Shown here: piece after piece, positions 54,627-63,293 of the stretch
Layout: each line of letters opens with the position of its first letter
Position numbering within the stretch: the first letter of the stretch is position 1
Source: a bacterium
Lineage (GTDB): Bacteria; Cyanobacteriota; Vampirovibrionia; Gastranaerophilales; CAZEDP01
Assembly: GCA_043797105.1 (NCBI GenBank)
Contig: JAZDPZ010000060.1
Coordinates: 7,906-71,905, forward strand
Direction: 5' to 3'
Length of the DNA: 64,000 nt
Translations under genes and position numbers: made by a program
The notes under the pieces: generated by a model
The model's database searches: none
Told to the model about the DNA's origin: nothing
What the model saw: the letters and a program-made list of their open reading frames with translations, nothing else

Positions 54627-55322
54627 ATGTTTAAAAAAATTGTATACAAACAACTTTTTAAAAAAATCAGATATTTGAGATTTTTAGATAACTACCCTAA
54701 ATTTAATCCAGGTTCGCTTCTGGTAGCTGTTTTATGTGTTTTTTTAATTATTATTTCTACTTTTACACAACTTCCTTTAGGACTTTTGACCATTCCTGAG
54801 GAAGCTTTTTTACATCCAATTGATTTTTTCTCAAATATTAAATCTGCAAATGAAATTATGAAAGTATGCTATTATATTCCCCAAATACCGTCCATTTTAT
54901 TTATAGGGGCTTTGCTTGGACCAAGAATAGGCTTAATAGCAATATTTATTTATATAGTTCTGGGATTAGCCGGATTGCCAATTTTTGCCTCGGGAGGCGG
55001 AATTAATTATTACTCTCAGTTAGGGTTTGGATATATATTAGGATATTTAGCAAGTGTTTATTTAGTTGGAAATATTTTATCCGCCAAAATAAATACTTAT
55101 TCTATATTTAGAGCGACTATTGTAGGTGTATTCTCTATTCATTTAGTTGGAATAGTATATTTAATATGTTTAATGTTGCTACAGCAAAGTTCAATTCTTT
55201 TGATACTTGGATGGATTTGGGCTCAGAGCGGAATACAGCTTCCTTATGATTTATTTATCGGTTTTATTGCCATAAGTCTTGCTCGTTCTGCCAGATCAAT
55301 TTTTTGGATGGCTATGGATTAG
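54627..55322 (+). CDS. bioY: BioY-family biotin transporter S-component
   Basis: 231 aa: ...IPQIPSILFIGALLGPRIGLIAIFIYIVLGLAGLPIFASGGGINYYSQLGFGYILGYLASVYLVG... fits the BioY core pattern. Confidence 0.7.
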   Translation: MFKKIVYKQLFKKIRYLRFLDNYPKFNPGSLLVAVLCVFLIIISTFTQLPLGLLTIPEEAFLHPIDFFSNIKSANEIMKVCYYIPQIPSILFIGALLGPRIGLIAIFIYIVLGLAGLPIFASGGGINYYSQLGFGYILGYLASVYLVGNILSAKINTYSIFRATIVGVFSIHLVGIVYLICLMLLQQSSILLILGWIWAQSGIQLPYDLFIGFIAISLARSARSIFWMAMD

Positions 55323-55602
55323 CTGATATTATATAAAAATCGCTTTTTTTGAAAAGCATATTAAGAAATATAAAATAAATATTTTGGAAATTATATAAAA
55401 AATAGCAATTCTTTATATCTAAAAGTTTTTATATATATAAGAAATAATTAGAATATAAAAATCTTTTTAACCATAAATCAGGAGTTAGTAAATTATATAA
55501 AAATCTTAATTAGCTTACATTCATAGAAATTTTTTACTTAAAACTTACTTGTTTATCAGTTTCACAACTTCAGAGGCGGTGCTAGATTGAAGGAGGATAA
55601 GG

Positions 55603-55626
55603 CAGCTATATTAGCTGTTTTTTTTT
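55603..55626 (+). terminator. Short-stem intrinsic terminator with a 9-T tail
   Basis: CAGCTA-TAT-TAGCTG then TTTTTTTTT, about 280 nt downstream of bioY. Confidence 0.5.
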
Positions 55627-55761
55627 GATGAGTCGATAAAATAAATAACTTATGAGATTTTTCGGGTTACGCCCTCTAAACGACAATTAATTAATGCGTT
55701 TACTATAATATTAATAGATCTTTACAATAAAATAAACAAATTTTTCTTTTCATTTGTTTTA

Positions 55762-55837
55762 TAAGTAATGAACAATAAATTTTTACTTCTTAGAAATGGG
55801 TTTAGTATAAGGCTTTGCCCTATAGAAGTCTAGTTCT
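55762..55837 (+). repeat. Family C left-half copy (C5)
   Basis: TAAGTAATGAACAATAAATTTTTACTTCTTAGAAATGGGTTTAGTATAAGGCTTTGCCCTATAGAAGTCTAGTTC parallels 2274..2350. Confidence 0.65.
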
Positions 55838-55870
55838 TCAGTTTTAAATTTTTTTCGGAAGGTATGGGAA

Positions 55871-56521
55871 ATGCTGGAAAGATTGAATATTATAACTCCT
55901 CTGCAGAGAAAATATCATAACGCAAATTTAATTGCCTTGAACAAAAATCTTATAGTTCCTGCTCTTGCTATTGGAAGTTTATTTTCTATGTCGGAAAAAA
56001 ATAAAGATGATCTAAAAAAACATACTTATTTAATAAACAATATTACTGGGGCATGTCTAAGCGTATTTTTGCGAAATATGAAGGATTATAACTGGGCAAA
56101 GAATGACTGGTCAATGCTTCCTTTAGCTGCAGTATCTACTATTGCTGTTCGCGCTTCAGGTAAGGAAACAAAATACGATAAAATAGCTTCTGTAATAAAG
56201 GATACAGTTTGGCTTGGTTGTGGTTTAGCTTTTAAAGCTCTCTTTTCCAATAAATTTTGGGGACCAAAACCTTCAAGCGTATTTGGTTTTTTGAGTGATG
56301 TTTGCGCTTTTATAGTTGGAGCAATAGTGGTTTCGCCTGTTGTCAACAAATTTTTAATTAAAAACTTTTTAGATCCAAATGTCTCTAAACTTGATTCAAA
56401 AATGCTTAGAAAATTGGATTTGCAGGATCAATCACCACTTCCAATATCACTGGATAAATATAATACAAGCAGGATAACAATGCCGGAAAGTTATATTAAA
56501 TATTTAAAAAGACCAAATTAA
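55871..56521 (+). CDS. Hypothetical membrane protein
   Basis: 216 aa with several hydrophobic segments. Its 3' end overlaps the converging trpF gene by 18 nt. Confidence 0.45.
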   Translation: MLERLNIITPLQRKYHNANLIALNKNLIVPALAIGSLFSMSEKNKDDLKKHTYLINNITGACLSVFLRNMKDYNWAKNDWSMLPLAAVSTIAVRASGKETKYDKIASVIKDTVWLGCGLAFKALFSNKFWGPKPSSVFGFLSDVCAFIVGAIVVSPVVNKFLIKNFLDPNVSKLDSKMLRKLDLQDQSPLPISLDKYNTSRITMPESYIKYLKRPN

Positions 56522-57142
56522 AGAGAATATTTTTTTTAATTTAGCATGGTCTTTTATACCTTTATATTTTTCTACGCCGCTTGAAATATCTAAGGCATAA
56601 GGTTGAACTTTTAAGCATGCTTCTTCTATGTTGTCAGAATTTAACCCGCCTGCCAGAATAATTGGAATGTTAAAAAGTTTTGCTTTCGAGGCAATATCCC
56701 AGCAAAAACTTTTACCTGTTCCTCCGAGTTGGCTTTCTGAGTAACTATCCAGCAAAACAGCAAAAACAATATCTTTATAATCCTTGATAGTCAATATATC
56801 ATCAATATTTTTAACTCTTATTGCTTTTATTACAGGTATATTTAGATTATTAAAAATATTTAAGCAAAACTCTTTTGATTCATCTCCATGCAGTTGAATT
56901 TTTGTTATTCCTGTTTTTAAGGAAATTTCCCTAATTTCATCAAGGGATGAATTAGCAAAAACACCTATTTTTTCTATATTTTGAGGCAAAGTTTTTATTA
57001 TTTTTGCCGCTTTATCAGGTTTAATATATCTTGGAGAATTTTTTACAAAAATAAAGCCCAAAGCCCAAGCTCCAAGCTCTGAAATAAATTTAGCATCTTC
57101 TTGCAGCGTTATTCCGCAAATTTTAATCTTTATGCAAGTCAC
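56504..57142 (-). CDS. trpF: Phosphoribosylanthranilate isomerase
   Basis: 212 aa: ...IKICGIT...GFIF...SPR...QLHG...LDS...GGTG..F.W...ILAGGL... GTG start. Confidence 0.88.
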   Translation of the reverse strand: MTCIKIKICGITLQEDAKFISELGAWALGFIFVKNSPRYIKPDKAAKIIKTLPQNIEKIGVFANSSLDEIREISLKTGITKIQLHGDESKEFCLNIFNNLNIPVIKAIRVKNIDDILTIKDYKDIVFAVLLDSYSESQLGGTGKSFCWDIASKAKLFNIPIILAGGLNSDNIEEACLKVQPYALDISSGVEKYKGIKDHAKLKKIFSLIWSF

Positions 57143-57180
57143 AAATTAAAAAACCAAAAATTGATTTTAGTTGAGTATAG
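57143..57180 (-). repeat. Family E motif, copy E3
   Basis: AAATTAAAAAACCAAAAATTGATTTTAGTTGAGTATAG abuts the trpF GTG start. The minus strand reads TGCTATACT..., which looks like an extended -10. Confidence 0.6.
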
Positions 57181-57184
57181 CATT

Positions 57185-57826
57185 TTAATTTTTATTGTTA
57201 GCTATTTTTCCAAAAAATGGATTATGTAATTTTTCATTTAATATAGTAGTTGCGGCGCCATGCCCGGCATAAACTATTGTGGCATCATCAAGAGTAAAAA
57301 GTTTATTTTTTATAGAGTTAGCAAGTTCTTCATAGGAACCGCCGGGAAGATCTGTTCTTCCTACAGAATCTGCAAACAGAGTATCTCCTGAGAATAAAAT
57401 ATTATTCAGTAAGTAACAAACAGAACCAGGTGAATGTCCGGGTGTATGAATGACTTTAATTGTAAGATCTCCAATTTTTATTTCCTGTCCGTCTTCTATA
57501 AATTCATCTGGTTTAGGAGGTTCATACTCCGGCATTCCATAAGTTTTTAAGTGTTCTTTAAGCGAATTTACAAGGAATTCATCGGCTTTATGTATTAAAA
57601 TTTTTGCCCCACCTTTTGTTTGAAGATCAAAATCTCCGGCAATATGATCTAAATGTCCATGTGTATTTAAAACATATTTAATTTTAGCGTTATATTCGCT
57701 TGCAAGCTTTATTGTAGCCTTATAATCACCGCCTGCATCAATTAAAGCTGATTCCAATGTGTCTCTGCAAACTATAAGATAGTTATTTACCTGAAAAGGT
57801 CCTATATTTAAAGTTCTTATAATCAT
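57185..57826 (-). CDS. MBL-fold metallo-hydrolase (glyoxalase II-like)
   Basis: 213 aa: ...LNTHGHLDHIAG...HTPGHSPGS...GDTLF... Confidence 0.85.
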   Translation of the reverse strand: MIIRTLNIGPFQVNNYLIVCRDTLESALIDAGGDYKATIKLASEYNAKIKYVLNTHGHLDHIAGDFDLQTKGGAKILIHKADEFLVNSLKEHLKTYGMPEYEPPKPDEFIEDGQEIKIGDLTIKVIHTPGHSPGSVCYLLNNILFSGDTLFADSVGRTDLPGGSYEELANSIKNKLFTLDDATIVYAGHGAATTILNEKLHNPFFGKIANNKN

Positions 57827-57912
57827 AATTAATCTCCTTGAAAATATATCGACTAATTTTTTATATCGTGAAATATTTTTAATTATTCTATAATATCAAA
57901 AGTATCAATAAA

Positions 57913-59067
57913 GTGAAGAAGATGAAGAAAAAAATTTCAATATTAGGTTCAACAGGTTCTATAGGGAAACAGGCTTTAGAAGTTATAGACAGTCTGCCTG
58001 ATAATTTTCAAATATTAGGACTTGCAGGAGGAGAAAATATTGAAATTTTACAGGAACAAATTAAGAAATATAAACCTAAAATTGTTTCAGTAAAAAATGA
58101 AAAGCTGGCAATAGAATTTAAAAAACAAATAAAAGATACTCAAATAGTTTATGGTAAGCAAGGTTTAATTCAAATAGCTCAAAATACAGAGAATGATCTT
58201 ATTTTAGTGGCGGTATCCGGTTTAGTTGGTTTATTTCCTGTGCTTGCAGCAATAGACAACAATATAAATTTAGCTCTTGCAAATAAAGAAATACTTGTTT
58301 CAGCCGGAAAGATCATAATGAAAAGAGCTAAAGAAAAAAATATCAAAATATTACCTGTTGATAGCGAACATTCAGCTATTCATCAATGTATAAATTCCAG
58401 AAATTCTTCTTATATAAAAAAATTAATTATCACAGGTTCAGGAGGACCTTTTAAAAACAAATCCATGGCTGAAATGGAAAATGCCAGTGTTGAAGAAACT
58501 CTAAAGCATCCTAAATGGTCAATGGGATCTAAAATTACTGTAGATTCAGCTACTTTAATGAACAAAGGACTTGAGGCAATAGAAGCTCACTGGTTATTTG
58601 GATTAGAATATCAAAATATTGAAGTTATTATTCATCCTCAAAGCATAATACATGGAGCCGTAGAATTTTTGGACGGAAGCATAATAGCGCAGCTTGGGGT
58701 TGCAAGTATGCATATTCCAATACAATATGCCCTTACTTATCCTGAAAAATACAGCGGACTTAAAACAAATAGCCTAAATCTTAGTGATATTGGACGATTA
58801 GAATTTGAGAAGCCTGCATTAAACAGATTTCCATGCCTGAAACTGGCTTATGAAGCCGGGATAAAAGGTGGAACTTATCCTGCTGTTTTAAATGCTTTAA
58901 ATGAAGAAGCTGTCTATGCTTTCTTAAATAGAAAAATTAAACTTACTGATATATCGAAAATAGTTGAAAAAGGCTTAGAAATTCATAAAAATATCGAAAT
59001 CCCTACTTTAGATGATATTATTAATTCTGATATTTGGGCAAGAGAGCTTGCAAAAGAGCTTATATAA
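57913..59067 (+). CDS. dxr: 1-deoxy-D-xylulose 5-phosphate reductoisomerase
   Basis: 384 aa: ...ILGSTGSIGKQALEV...LANKE...PVDSEHSAI.QC... Confidence 0.93.
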   Translation: MKKMKKKISILGSTGSIGKQALEVIDSLPDNFQILGLAGGENIEILQEQIKKYKPKIVSVKNEKLAIEFKKQIKDTQIVYGKQGLIQIAQNTENDLILVAVSGLVGLFPVLAAIDNNINLALANKEILVSAGKIIMKRAKEKNIKILPVDSEHSAIHQCINSRNSSYIKKLIITGSGGPFKNKSMAEMENASVEETLKHPKWSMGSKITVDSATLMNKGLEAIEAHWLFGLEYQNIEVIIHPQSIIHGAVEFLDGSIIAQLGVASMHIPIQYALTYPEKYSGLKTNSLNLSDIGRLEFEKPALNRFPCLKLAYEAGIKGGTYPAVLNALNEEAVYAFLNRKIKLTDISKIVEKGLEIHKNIEIPTLDDIINSDIWARELAKELI

Positions 59068-59161
59068 AATTAGGTAATATAAGTGTATGATCTCAGATTT
59101 TATAAAATAAGTTTTAATTTAATATGGGCATTAATGATTTAAATAGGTAATGGAGTAAAAA

Positions 59162-59953
59162 ATGGATATTAGCTCAGTAGTTGGAGTAGTTTTAGGTATA
59201 GCTTGCATTTTATTTGGACAGTTTCTTGAAGGTGGAAATATACAATCTTTACTGCAAGTAACCGCAGCTCTTATTGTATTTGGAGGAACTGCCGGAGCTG
59301 TTATTTTAAGTTTTCCCGCTCCTGATTTAATGTTTGCTGTTGAATCTTTAAGCATGGTATTTTCAGGGAAAAAAATTGATTATGATAAAGTAATAACTGA
59401 AATAATAGGATTTGCAACAAAAGCCAGAAAAGAAGGAGTTATTGCCCTGGAAAAAGAAGCTGCAAAAGCCAGTGATTCTCTTTTAAAAATGGGTTTGGAA
59501 GCAGTAAGTGATGGCGCCGATCCTGTATTAGTAAGAGATTTAATGGAAACTCAATTATCTCAACTGGAAGAAAGAGTTACAAGAGCTTCAAAAGTATGGG
59601 AATCTGCCGGAGGATACTCACCGACAGTAGGCATTATTGGAGCTGTACTCGGTCTAATCCAGGTTATGCAGAACTTATCAGAACCTGCAAAGCTTGGAGC
59701 AGGAATTGCCGTTGCTTTTGTGGCTACAGTTTATGGAGTAGGGGCTGCTAACCTTATACTTATCCCATTAGGAAGTAAAATCAAGTTTAAAAGCAAGCAG
59801 GATTTTTTAGCAAAAATGATTATGATCGAAGGAATTTTATCCATACAGGCAGGAGAAAGCCCTGCTCTTATCGAAAGAAAATTAAAAGCATTTCTTATAG
59901 AGAAAAGTTCATCCGGTAATGCAAAAACTGCAAATAAAGAAGCTCAAGCATAG
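59162..59953 (+). CDS. motA: Flagellar stator protein MotA/PomA family
   Basis: 263 aa with 4 TM segments: ...YSPTVGIIGAVLGLIQVM...AFVATVYGVGAANLILIP... Confidence 0.8.
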   Translation: MDISSVVGVVLGIACILFGQFLEGGNIQSLLQVTAALIVFGGTAGAVILSFPAPDLMFAVESLSMVFSGKKIDYDKVITEIIGFATKARKEGVIALEKEAAKASDSLLKMGLEAVSDGADPVLVRDLMETQLSQLEERVTRASKVWESAGGYSPTVGIIGAVLGLIQVMQNLSEPAKLGAGIAVAFVATVYGVGAANLILIPLGSKIKFKSKQDFLAKMIMIEGILSIQAGESPALIERKLKAFLIEKSSSGNAKTANKEAQA

Positions 59954-59969
59954 TTTTGACGGTTAAAAT

Positions 59970-60983
59970 ATGGCAGGAAAAAAAAGACATCACGCTGAAG
60001 AACATGAAAACCTTGAAAGATGGTTGGTTTCTTATGCTGATTTTATAACGCTTTTATTTGCGACGTTTGTAGTTTTATATGCTCTTTCGCAATTAGACCT
60101 TGAAAAATTTAAAGAACTTAAAATTTCTCTTCAAAAAGCTTTTTCTGCTCAGACTGTTCTTAAGGGAGATGAGGGTATTTTAAGTCAGTCTAACAGTATT
60201 TTATCTGAAAATGCCAGTAACGGTAAGGATTTAGTTCCTGCAATCATAGAACTGGAAGCTAAATACGAAGACAGCACTTTTAATGAAGCTAAAAAATCTT
60301 TGGATGAATTAGAAAAAACCAAAGATATTGAAGGTGTAGAAACAAGCATAAATGAAAGAGGCTTAATAATAAGTCTTATTGACAGCTTATTTTTCAGCTC
60401 AGGCAGTGCGGAAGTAAGAAAAAATGCTTACCCTGCTCTTGAAAAAGTAGGACGAATGTTAAAAATAAAGTTTTCTGACCATGCTATAAGAGTTGAAGGA
60501 CATACAGACAGCATTCCCACAAGCTCGGCTCTTTATCCGTCAAACTGGGAACTATCTTCATCAAGGGCTTCAAGTATTATCAGATTTTTTATAAATAATT
60601 TTGATTTTCACAAAAACAGATTTGCTGCTATAGGCTATGCTGACAGTAAGCCAATTGCTTCTAACAGTTTAGAAGATGGGAGAAAGAAGAATAGAAGGGT
60701 AGAAATAGTTGTTTTAAGAAACAAATTTATCAAAGCTGAACCTGTAATGTCAGGTATTAATCAAGATAGACTAAAAACTATCAAAGAACTTGAAAAAAAA
60801 CAGCAAAAAATGCTTGAAAACTATAAAAATAATGCTAGTGACGCCGCAAAAAATCTTATGCAGGAAACAGGTCAATCAATAAAAGATGTATTATTATATG
60901 AAGATCCTTATGAAAAGGAATCTGCCAGAATAGCAAAAGAGCTAAAAGAAAAAGAAAAAGAAAAAAATAATGCAAATTATTAA
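59970..60983 (+). CDS. motB: Flagellar stator protein MotB (OmpA-like C-domain) with K/E-rich C-terminal tail
   Basis: 337 aa: ...RWLVSYADFITLLFATFVVLYA (conserved Asp)...VEGHTDSIP...SNWELSSSRASSI...NRRVEIVV... Confidence 0.8.
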   Translation: MAGKKRHHAEEHENLERWLVSYADFITLLFATFVVLYALSQLDLEKFKELKISLQKAFSAQTVLKGDEGILSQSNSILSENASNGKDLVPAIIELEAKYEDSTFNEAKKSLDELEKTKDIEGVETSINERGLIISLIDSLFFSSGSAEVRKNAYPALEKVGRMLKIKFSDHAIRVEGHTDSIPTSSALYPSNWELSSSRASSIIRFFINNFDFHKNRFAAIGYADSKPIASNSLEDGRKKNRRVEIVVLRNKFIKAEPVMSGINQDRLKTIKELEKKQQKMLENYKNNASDAAKNLMQETGQSIKDVLLYEDPYEKESARIAKELKEKEKEKNNANY

Positions 60984-61066
60984 GTTAGTAACTAGTGAAT
61001 GTGGCTTAGCCACCCCCTACACCAAACTCTTTTTTAAAAGGTGAAAATTTATTGCTCATTACTTAA
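60984..61066 (-). repeat. Family C partial copy (C6), reverse orientation
   Basis: The reverse complement reads TTAAGTAATGAGCAATAAATTTTCACCTTTTAAAAAAGAGTTTGGTGTAGGGGGTGGCTAAGCCACATTCACTAGTTACTAAC. It starts directly after the motB TAA. Confidence 0.7.
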
Positions 61067-61117
61067 TATATTTTTGTAGAAATTTAGTAACAAGCAAGTT
61101 TTTGGACATTAATTTAT

Positions 61118-61151
61118 AGAAAAAACAAAAAGCCCCGCTAAGGAACGGGGA
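61118..61151 (-). terminator. Intrinsic terminator readable on the minus strand
   Basis: The minus strand reads CCCCG-TTCCTTAG-CGGGG followed by CTTTTTGTTTTTTC. Confidence 0.55.
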
Positions 61152-61240
61152 AGAAGAGATCATGAGGCAGATTTAAATCATATCAATTGAATTTTTTTGT
61201 TTATGTTTTTGAAATACTAACCCTCTCTAAACCAGAAAAA

Positions 61241-61279
61241 TTTTAAAAAAACCAAAAACCTCTAACTCTTAATAAATAT
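61241..61279 (-). repeat. Family E motif, copy E4
   Basis: TTTTAAAAAAACCAAAAACCTCTAACTCTTAATAAATAT. Confidence 0.55.
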
Positions 61280-61513
61280 TTTTGTTAAATCCATATGTTA
61301 AATTACATGGTAAATAATAATATTTCAAGAAAAATTAGATATTAGTCTTAAGGATTAGACTTTATTAGTCTTGAGAATTATTTTTTATAAAAACGACTTA
61401 TTAATTGTCATTTTTACACTTTTAAAAGTTTGAATTAGCAAGTTATACTAACTTGCGTTCTGCCGAATTGTCATTACGAACCTGTGAATGTGTTGATAAC
61501 TTATTAATTGCCT

Positions 61514-62548
61514 TTAGATTATAATTTGAATAGGATTAGTAAATATCCAGGGATGATTTTTGTAAAATACTTCTACTCTATATTTTCCCGGTATTAAATC
61601 TTTAAAAATAAGTTCTTTTCCTGTATATTCCTGAATTAATTTACTATTATGGATTAATTTTATTTTTGCTTTTTTTGAAAGGTTTATAACAGCTTTTGTC
61701 TGCTTATCAAGTTTAATAGAATTTCCCGGAAATGCCTGTTTTTCTTTATTTTCTATAAAAAAATCAAAATTTTCTTTATTATTCCAGATTTTATTGATAA
61801 TAGTATTTTTTCCATCACGTAAAGCATTGATAATTTGAATTTTAGCTTGTTCAAATGACTTTGATAACTCATTATCAAGATAAAGACAGTTTGTTACAGT
61901 TTTAAAACTTTCATAATAAGGAAAAACCTTGAATTTAATCCCTAAAAATTTATATTCCAGGGCATGAGCATCAACTCCGCCAATAGCAGGAATAATTTTA
62001 GCGCTTGAGTTATTTAATCTGTCCCACCATTCCAAAGTGCTTAAAGTTGGACCATTCAGCATTCTTTGTCTTAAAAAATAATTCCAGAAAGCTTTTTTAC
62101 TGTCAAAATTATCAACCCAGTCAGACAAATAATTCCAAATTTCAATGCCGTCAAAACCTTGAATATCCCAATCCCTCCATCTTAGAGGTTTTAAATTATT
62201 TTTTCTTGCTAAATTTTCATCAGGATGCGCAATAAAGCCAATCCCGCCCTGCTTTTTTACCTCCTGTATAAAACTTTCCGGAGGCATTTTCTCGCTTATT
62301 TCCTGTTTTATATTTAAAGCAAGGTAATGGTCAGAATTTTCAGGGCTTATTTCTTCTCCGATAAGAACTGCTACACCGTTATACCAGCCTTCTTCGCCAT
62401 TTTTTAGCCCTTCAATATTATTATGATCCGTTATTATTATCCAGGACAAACCGGTTTTTTTTGCTGCGAGAGCTATTTCTTTAATAGCGCTTGTGCCGTC
62501 TGAATATTTGCTGTGAATATGTAATGCGCCTATGCTTATATTACTCAT
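61514..62548 (-). CDS. PHP-domain metal-dependent phosphoesterase
   Basis: 344 aa: ...GALHIHSKYSDGT...IIITDHN...FIAHPD...GGVDAH... Confidence 0.8.
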   Translation of the reverse strand: MSNISIGALHIHSKYSDGTSAIKEIALAAKKTGLSWIIITDHNNIEGLKNGEEGWYNGVAVLIGEEISPENSDHYLALNIKQEISEKMPPESFIQEVKKQGGIGFIAHPDENLARKNNLKPLRWRDWDIQGFDGIEIWNYLSDWVDNFDSKKAFWNYFLRQRMLNGPTLSTLEWWDRLNNSSAKIIPAIGGVDAHALEYKFLGIKFKVFPYYESFKTVTNCLYLDNELSKSFEQAKIQIINALRDGKNTIINKIWNNKENFDFFIENKEKQAFPGNSIKLDKQTKAVINLSKKAKIKLIHNSKLIQEYTGKELIFKDLIPGKYRVEVFYKNHPWIFTNPIQIII

Positions 62549-63210
62549 AAATTAATTATATTAACTCCTGAACTCGTGCCTATTCTTGCAGCTCCTGCTT
62601 CAATCATATTAACCGCCTTATTTCTATCTTTTATGCCGCCACTGGCTTTTACTTTAACTCCATATAAAAAGACAGTGTCATACATTAATTTTACATTTTC
62701 AAAAGTAGCTCCAACTCCATTTTTTACAAAACCTGTTGAAGTTTTTACAAACTTTGCTCCTGATTCTGCTGAAATTTTACAGGCTTCAACCATTTCATCT
62801 TTTGTAAGCAAATCAGTTTCAAGTATAACTTTTACAATTTTCTCTCCTGCTTTTTCAACAACTTTTTTAATATTGTTTTTTGCTCTTGAGTAATTTTTTT
62901 CTTTTATAGCTCCGATATCTATAACCATATCAAACTCATCAGCTCCGTCTTCAAGAGCTTTTTCAGTCTCAAATTCTTTGGTATCCGATCTGTTAGTTCC
63001 AAGCGGAAAGCCAATAACCGTGATTATCCTGACAGAATTAGTTTTTAGATATTCTTTTGCAAATGAAACATATAAAGGGTTAATACAAACCCCAAAAAAT
63101 CCATACTTTACAGCATCATCCAATAAGTTTTTTATTTCCTGCAAAGTAGCATCAGGCTTTAATAAAGTATGTTCTATATATTTTTCAAGATTTAAATTTT
63201 TTATTTTCAT
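62545..63210 (-). CDS. deoC: Deoxyribose-phosphate aldolase
   Basis: 221 aa: ...IEHTLLKPDAT...VCINP...VIGFPLG...DMVI...KVILET..L...FVKTSTGF...VKASGGI... Confidence 0.92.
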   Translation of the reverse strand: MKIKNLNLEKYIEHTLLKPDATLQEIKNLLDDAVKYGFFGVCINPLYVSFAKEYLKTNSVRIITVIGFPLGTNRSDTKEFETEKALEDGADEFDMVIDIGAIKEKNYSRAKNNIKKVVEKAGEKIVKVILETDLLTKDEMVEACKISAESGAKFVKTSTGFVKNGVGATFENVKLMYDTVFLYGVKVKASGGIKDRNKAVNMIEAGAARIGTSSGVNIINL

Positions 63211-63293
63211 AAATTTCCTAAATATTTTTAATGATATAATTATTTTATACTAAAACTTGTATAAAGTTTGTGAAAATAAATTTGGAGTTGAAC

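Larger units (their letters stand above)
61118..61283 (-). ncRNA. Candidate sRNA, paralogue of 30113..30316
   Basis: It has the same order on the minus strand: an E motif (GGTTTTTGGTTTTT), TTCAAAAAC, CCTCAT, then a GC hairpin with a T-tail. No ORF. Confidence 0.25.

Noticed and set aside
49011-55322. The GT4 / rSAM / BioY region as a horizontally acquired genomic island or prophage remnant
   Set aside because: There is no integrase, transposase, tRNA boundary or obvious compositional shift. The flanking repeats are the same families found throughout the window.
55569-55602. preQ1-I-like riboswitch (CTTCAGAGGCGGTGCTAGATTGAAGGAGGATAAGG)
   Set aside because: It has a superficial 5-bp P1 stem and a CUAG, but it lacks the A-rich tail and P2 pairing of preQ1-I. 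No queuosine-related gene lies downstream, and a MITE fragment separates it from the next ORF.
59162-60983. MotA/MotB pair as a Zorya-type (ZorA/ZorB) anti-phage system
   Set aside because: ZorA proteins are much longer, with an extended C-terminal tail. This MotA is an ordinary 263-aa four-TM stator subunit, and no ZorC/D/E-like genes follow.
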